Below are positions 57,390 through 64,000 of a stretch of 64,000 nucleotides of DNA, in pieces. Position numbers and translations under genes: made by a program. The notes below the pieces were generated by a model. The model worked only from the letters and a program-made list of their open reading frames with translations, did not search any database and had not been told where the DNA came from. Source of the stretch: an uncultured Bacillota bacterium (GTDB taxonomy: Bacteria > Bacillota_I > Bacilli_A > ML615J-28 > CAG-313); NCBI GenBank assembly GCA_946611195.1, contig CAMODB010000002.1, positions 16,301 through 80,300 of the forward strand, written 5' to 3'. How positions within the stretch are numbered: the first letter of the stretch is position 1; each line of letters begins with the position of its first letter.

Positions 57390-58052
57390 TTATAACTCTT
57401 TTCTTTGTTTTAATAGCTTTTCCATATTAGATGCATGATTATAGAAATTACCTAATTTATTTTCTTTAAAATCACGATCCATAAAATAAGTGATTTCAAA
57501 AATACGTTTTTCTAATTTTTCAATTTCATCATTAGTTTCTTTTTTTACCATCGCAAGATCTAATAATTTTTCCGCAGTCTTACGAACATTTTCTTCCCCA
57601 TTTTTTGTTAGATTATCAAGATAGAGAATTAAGCCTTCCATATCAATTACTTTAACTTCTTTTACTTCAATTGATTTTAAATGATCTTTATACATAAAAC
57701 CAAAAGCAAAGCCAATCGCAATTAAGGCAGCAAAGACAATTAAAATAATTAATGGTACCATAAATGGAATCTTAGTAAAGAATAAGAAAGCAATACCTGC
57801 TATAAATACTATTAAACTAAGTGGAAACATTAATGGTAAGAAAACACTTTGTTTTCTTTCATTATCAGGATTAGCTAATCTCATAATAAGTAATGCTACT
57901 AAAGGCAACATTACCATTACATAAGCTAACCACCAAGATAAGGATTTAAAAGCTTCTTTATTATTGTTATAAGTAATCAAAAAGATTAGAGCGTTTAACG
58001 CAACAAAAACAATAGCTAAAATCATTAAAAAATATTTTTTTGTACTTTTCAT
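57390..58052 (-). CDS. Hypothetical membrane protein with cytoplasmic helical C-terminal domain
   Basis: 220 aa with four hydrophobic segments followed by ~90 aa of charged helical sequence. First gene of the operon. Confidence 0.55.
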   Translation of the reverse strand: MKSTKKYFLMILAIVFVALNALIFLITYNNNKEAFKSLSWWLAYVMVMLPLVALLIMRLANPDNERKQSVFLPLMFPLSLIVFIAGIAFLFFTKIPFMVPLIILIVFAALIAIGFAFGFMYKDHLKSIEVKEVKVIDMEGLILYLDNLTKNGEENVRKTAEKLLDLAMVKKETNDEIEKLEKRIFEITYFMDRDFKENKLGNFYNHASNMEKLLKQRKEL

Positions 58053-58125
58053 TTTTTCTTTCTCCTTTTATATTTCTATAATTTACTTCATTTTATCATA
58101 AAAATAACTGGATGTAAAGATTATA

Positions 58126-58158
58126 ACAAAAAAAAGATGAACGTTTTTCGTTCATCTT
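58126..58158 (-). terminator. Rho-independent terminator after nagA
   Basis: Minus strand AAGATGAACG-AAAAA-CGTTCATCTT followed by TTTTTTTTGT. Confidence 0.75.
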
Positions 58159-58163
58159 ATGTC

Positions 58164-59315
58164 TTATGCTTTATACACTTCTAAACCATCACGAATTGTT
58201 GAAATAACATTGACGTCTTTGTCAACAACTACAAGATTAGCTTTCTTACCAACTTTAATACTACCATAATCTTTATCAATACCAAGATTTTTAGCTGGAT
58301 TGATAGTTGCAAATTTAACTACTTCTTCAAGTGGTAAATCTAAGAATTTCATAACATTCTTAACCGCATTATTCATTTTTAAAATACTACCAGCTAAAGT
58401 ACCATTTTCAAGACGAGCTTCACCATTTTTAACGATAACAACTTGTCCACCTAATTCACTAACCCCATCAGGCATACCTTTAGCCCGCATTGCGTCAGTA
58501 ATTAAAGTAAATTTATCATTAGGTTTATTTTTCCATAATAATTTAATAGCTGGAGCTGATAAATGAATACCATCACAAATAGCTTCACAATTGACATTAT
58601 CAAATAACATAGCAGAACCGACTGTTCCTACTTCGCGGTGATGAATTGGTTTTTGGGCATTATAAGTATGCGTAATATTAGATGCGCCCGCTTCAATAGC
58701 TTTTTTACAATCTTCATATTTTGCGTTAGTATGACCGATTGACGCAACAATTCCTTTTGATTTTAAATATTTGATTAAATCTGTAGCTCCTTCAACTTCG
58801 ACAGCCATTGTGATAATTTTAATATTATTACCACTAACTGTTTCATAATGTTTAAAGGTTTCAATTTTTGGTTCAGCCACATATTCAATTGGTTGAGCAC
58901 CAACATAATCTTTCGAAATGAATGGTCCTTCTAAATGAACGCCCAATACTTCTGCTCCTTCTGGATGTTTTTCACTCATATATTCTTTAACATTATTTAA
59001 AGCTTTATCAATATTTTCCATACTTTGTGTCATTGTCGTTGCACAAAAAGCAGTTGTTCCTTCTTTAGCTAAGAACTCCGCAATAGTACTTAAGGCTTCT
59101 TTGGTACCATCCATTGCATCACTACCACCAGCACCATGAATATGTTGATCAATGAAACCAGGAATGACAATTTGATTTTCTGGTAATTTAATTAAGCCTT
59201 CTACAGAAGTAGAACCTATTTCTTTAATACGTCCATCTTCAATTAATAAATTAGTTTTCTTTAAACCTTCTTCGGTTAAAATCCAAGAATCTTTAAATCC
59301 TAAAATTTTTTTCAT
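58164..59315 (-). CDS. nagA: N-acetylglucosamine-6-phosphate deacetylase
   Basis: 383 aa with PGFIDQHIHGAGG and the amidohydrolase metal ligands. Confidence 0.93.
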   Translation of the reverse strand: MKKILGFKDSWILTEEGLKKTNLLIEDGRIKEIGSTSVEGLIKLPENQIVIPGFIDQHIHGAGGSDAMDGTKEALSTIAEFLAKEGTTAFCATTMTQSMENIDKALNNVKEYMSEKHPEGAEVLGVHLEGPFISKDYVGAQPIEYVAEPKIETFKHYETVSGNNIKIITMAVEVEGATDLIKYLKSKGIVASIGHTNAKYEDCKKAIEAGASNITHTYNAQKPIHHREVGTVGSAMLFDNVNCEAICDGIHLSAPAIKLLWKNKPNDKFTLITDAMRAKGMPDGVSELGGQVVIVKNGEARLENGTLAGSILKMNNAVKNVMKFLDLPLEEVVKFATINPAKNLGIDKDYGSIKVGKKANLVVVDKDVNVISTIRDGLEVYKA

Positions 59316-59316
59316 C

Positions 59317-59826
59317 TTATCCTTCTTTCTTAAATAATAAACTTATCTCAATTTTATATTTTTGATTATTATTGGTAAAAGTAACTAAAAATTCATAGGA
59401 TGTATTACTTAAATCAAAAGATTCAGTTACTTCTTTGTTTATTTCTACTTGACCATTTTTTAAATACATTGGATAAAATTTAATCTTTTTTAAATTTTCA
59501 TCCCGAATACTTAAATTGACAGCACCATGATAAACCTTAACACCATCAACTGTTTTGATATTATTAGCTTGGTTATTAATTATAACACTAGTAGTTCCAG
59601 AACCACTAGAAGTAAAAAAACTAACTGGATTTTTTGCAAAATCAAAAAACATTTTGGGATTAGCATCATAGCGACTTGCATCAGCTTGTTCACCAATTTC
59701 TAGATATAAACCCATAACATAATAATCGATTTTTCCATAATCAAAATTATTAAATTCAATTTTTTTCTTACAACCACTAAATAATAATAAACAAGTAAGT
59801 AGTAGAATTAAACAACATTTTTTCAT
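59317..59826 (-). CDS. Hypothetical lipoprotein
   Basis: 169 aa with signal peptide and lipobox LLFSGC. Confidence 0.65.
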   Translation of the reverse strand: MKKCCLILLLTCLLLFSGCKKKIEFNNFDYGKIDYYVMGLYLEIGEQADASRYDANPKMFFDFAKNPVSFFTSSGSGTTSVIINNQANNIKTVDGVKVYHGAVNLSIRDENLKKIKFYPMYLKNGQVEINKEVTESFDLSNTSYEFLVTFTNNNQKYKIEISLLFKKEG

Positions 59827-59884
59827 TTTCTTTTACCCTTTACATTTTATATTATACTCTTTTTTAAGAAATTTTATTATTTCT

Positions 59885-61522
<1,638 letters not shown>

Positions 61523-61581
61523 TTATTATTTTATCACATTTAGAAAATTATAACCATTAAAATATTAAAGAAAAATTTTCA

Positions 61582-61613
61582 TAATAAAAGTCCTTAAGTT
61601 TTAACTTAAGGAC
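61582..61613 (-). terminator. Rho-independent terminator after the malic enzyme gene
   Basis: Minus strand GTCCTTAAG-TTAAAA-CTTAAGGAC followed by TTTTATTAT. Confidence 0.65.
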
Positions 61614-61622
61614 AATTTTATG

Positions 61623-62801
61623 TTATTTATATATTTTAGATACTTTTGTTCTAATTGCTGCCTCAAAAACTGATTTTGCGACAATCTCATGAGCTTTCTT
61701 ATCGTAAGCATATGGAAGAATATATTCAGGTGATAATTCTTCTTCACTTACACACTCACTAATACCTACTGATGCGGCTTTCATCATTTCAAAATTAACA
61801 GTACTTGCTCTTGCATCTAAGGCTCCTCTAAATAAGCCTGGGAATACGAGAACATTGTTAATTTGATTTGCATATTGACTAGAACCAGTACCTAAGATAT
61901 AAGCACCTGCTTCTTTCGCAAGAATTGGATTAATTTCGGGAACTGGGTTAGCAAGTGTAAAGAGAATAGATTTTTCATTCATTGATTGAACCATTTCTTT
62001 GGTTACACAATTAGGTCCTGAAACCCCAATGAAGACATCACTATTTCGCATTGCATCTTTTAAAGTACCTTGTAATTTATTTTCATTAGTCATTTTACTA
62101 ATTTCCATTTGGGCTTTATTAAGCCAAGGTGCTCCATCATAAATGATTCCTTTTAAATCACACATGATAAGATGTTTTGCGCCAAATTGCATTAAGAATT
62201 TACAAATAGAGATACCAGCTGCCCCTGCTCCATTAATAACGATTTTTACTTCTTCCATTTTTTTATTGGCGAGTTTCAACGCATTAATTAAAGCAGCTGC
62301 TGTTACAATAGCTGTACCATGTTGATCATCATGGAAGACTGGAATATCTAATTCTTCTTTTAGTCTTGTTTCAATTTCAAAACAACGCGGTGCTGAAATA
62401 TCTTCTAAGTTAATTCCACCCCATGATCCCGCAAATAATTTAATTGTTCTAATTATTTCTTCCGTATCTTTTGATCTAATACATAATGGGTAAGCATCAA
62501 CATCACCAAAGGTTTTAAATAAAGCAGCTTTACCTTCCATAACAGGCATACCAGCTTCTGGTCCAATATCACCTAAACCTAATACTGCTGTTCCGTCAGT
62601 AATAACTGGTACGGTATTCCAACGTCTTGTTAATTCATAACTTTTATCAATATCATTTTTAATTTCAAGACAAGCAGCTGCTACTCCTGGAGTATATGCT
62701 GTCGATAATCTATCTCTAGTGTCAACTTTAACTCTTGCCTTAATTTCTATTTTTCCTCGCCATTTTTTATGACATTTTACTGATCTTTTTGAATAATCCA
62801 T
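61623..62801 (-). CDS. NAD(P)-dependent malic enzyme (short form, no PTA domain)
   Basis: 392 aa with [17 protein letters not shown]-like NLEDIS, and VINGAGAAG Rossmann motifs. Confidence 0.92.
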   Translation of the reverse strand: MDYSKRSVKCHKKWRGKIEIKARVKVDTRDRLSTAYTPGVAAACLEIKNDIDKSYELTRRWNTVPVITDGTAVLGLGDIGPEAGMPVMEGKAALFKTFGDVDAYPLCIRSKDTEEIIRTIKLFAGSWGGINLEDISAPRCFEIETRLKEELDIPVFHDDQHGTAIVTAAALINALKLANKKMEEVKIVINGAGAAGISICKFLMQFGAKHLIMCDLKGIIYDGAPWLNKAQMEISKMTNENKLQGTLKDAMRNSDVFIGVSGPNCVTKEMVQSMNEKSILFTLANPVPEINPILAKEAGAYILGTGSSQYANQINNVLVFPGLFRGALDARASTVNFEMMKAASVGISECVSEEELSPEYILPYAYDKKAHEIVAKSVFEAAIRTKVSKIYK

Positions 62802-62844
62802 AAGATCCTCCTTAAATATATTTTAAATTTTGAAATGAGTTATT

Positions 62845-64000
62845 TTACATTGGAATAAAGGAAATAGATGCAGATAATGACATCATAATAAATATCATAC
62901 ACCATAAGAGAGCACCTGCATATACATTACCTATTTTCTTATATACTAAACGGTTAAAGATTGGTAGAATTGCCATCATAACAATTAAGCCAAATACCAT
63001 ATTAATATATAACCACATTTCAGATGCATCAGTAGCTGAATAATAGCCATAATAAACAGTACCAGTTCTGAAATATACCCAATAATTAATGATGATCATG
63101 AATACTAAACCTAAAGAATTAGCTAAAGCACCAATCACCATAACTTGCCATTCTTTATAACCTTCTCTTGCAATAGAAAGATTAACTCTAATTGAATTAG
63201 AAATATAGAAGACAAAGAATCCTGCAAGATAGATTAACCATGTTACAACAAATCTCATTGATAATGGTGAAGCAGAGATTAACATGAAACGCCAATCTTG
63301 ATGTGTTAATAAATACATTAACGCAAGTAAACCATAGAATACTAAGAAAAGAACGATTGCTAAAGCTAAAGTCTTAAGTAAATTAAGTGGTTTAACTTTT
63401 AAACCTTTAAATTTAGACCAATCAGCTTTATTCACTTCACCGGTTACTTTACTCTTAATTGTATAATAAAGATTTTCTAAAGCTGTTAAACCAGCCCAAA
63501 CAACTAAGCCCACAGCACCATTTACTACGGCCCATAAGAAGACTGCATTCATCATTCTCGCTGGGAATTTATAAGTATAAATATTACCAGCAGCTTCTGG
63601 GAACATATCCATGGAAAGTCTTGCTAAAGGAATATAATCTAAACATGCAATAATGGCTGTTAAAATCATCGGTAACCAGAAAAGAGCTCTTTTGCCAAAA
63701 GTCTTTTCTTTTTGTTCAATAACAGCTACACCTCTTTCATAAACATTAAGAGTATAAGCTTGTCTGATTTCTTGTTCATTATTCTTTCTTTCATCAGCTT
63801 CTTCTTTAACACTCTTCATAAATGGAATAACGTCAACTGCAACAAATAATAAACTAATGATAAATGTAAAGGCTAAAGCTAAACATAAACCATTTGCTAA
63901 TTCTTGACCAAACCATACTTGACTACTATCTTTAATCTTCGTATTTAAACCAAGATTAATTCTAAAGAAGTTAGTAGTATTAGTAATAGAGGTTGGATCA
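62845..64000 (-). CDS. Hypothetical polytopic membrane protein, 5' end beyond the window
   Basis: The track ORF starts at Met 63819, but the same frame stays open to the window edge (…DPTSITNTTNFFRINLGLNTKIKDSSQVWFGQELANGLCLALAFTFIISLLFVAVDVIPF-MKSV…). The gene therefore probably continues upstream. Confidence 0.55.
   Translation of the reverse strand, partial: DPTSITNTTNFFRINLGLNTKIKDSSQVWFGQELANGLCLALAFTFIISLLFVAVDVIPFMKSVKEEADERKNNEQEIRQAYTLNVYERGVAVIEQKEKTFGKRALFWLPMILTAIIACLDYIPLARLSMDMFPEAAGNIYTYKFPARMMNAVFLWAVVNGAVGLVVWAGLTALENLYYTIKSKVTGEVNKADWSKFKGLKVKPLNLLKTLALAIVLFLVFYGLLALMYLLTHQDWRFMLISASPLSMRFVVTWLIYLAGFFVFYISNSIRVNLSIAREGYKEWQVMVIGALANSLGLVFMIIINYWVYFRTGTVYYGYYSATDASEMWLYINMVFGLIVMMAILPIFNRLVYKKIGNVYAGALLWCMIFIMMSLSASISFIPM

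Overview
AT-rich, low-GC chromosomal segment, roughly 30% G+C by eye (not computed). It looks like a Bacillota-type genome: gene order resembles Bacillus, GGAGG Shine-Dalgarno sites are common, and sigma-A promoters are near consensus. Family-level taxonomy cannot be assigned from sequence alone. I call 63 protein genes, 61 of them on the minus strand. I recognised no rRNA, tRNA, CRISPR array or mobile element.

Content in minus-strand transcription order (high to low coordinates):
- Partial membrane protein, malic enzyme, pyrG, a lipoprotein, nagA.
- Two very AT-rich ABC-transporter operons with orphan secreted and membrane proteins.
- infC-rpmI-rplT with an AUU start and an L20-type attenuator.
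- A plus-strand surface metallophosphatase, a DUF1189-like protein, leuS, hpf, a HAD hydrolase, queH, secA-prfB-recX.
- An FMN riboswitch driving a RibU::glycerate-kinase fusion.
- A soluble FtsK/SftA plus a stand-alone FtsK gamma domain.
- lepB with an acidic repeat extension, rbgA-rnhB, topA, a candidate C-rich sRNA, ftsY-ylxM-ffh.
- ruvA (inverted, plus strand), ruvB-queA, glgBCDAP-pfkA-metG-yitT, rplM-rpsI, cysS-mrnC-rlmB-sigH-rpmG-secE-nusG.
- A three-gene insertion (two TerB-like paralogues plus a tandem GNAT), then rplK-rplA-rplJ.

Most notable observations:
1. prfB has no +1 frameshift site. It carries an in-frame TGA exactly at the conserved Trp codon, while TGA still ends 7 of 62 genes.
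2. An FMN riboswitch controls a riboflavin-transporter/glycerate-kinase-family fusion.
3. An RsaE/RoxS-like sRNA with three CCCC motifs has its own promoter and terminator.
4. A duplicated free-standing FtsK gamma domain follows ftsK.
5. An orphan operon encodes a small secreted protein with an aerolysin-like amphipathic beta-hairpin next to a minimal ABC system.

All functional calls rest on reading the translations and motifs from memory. No database search was run.
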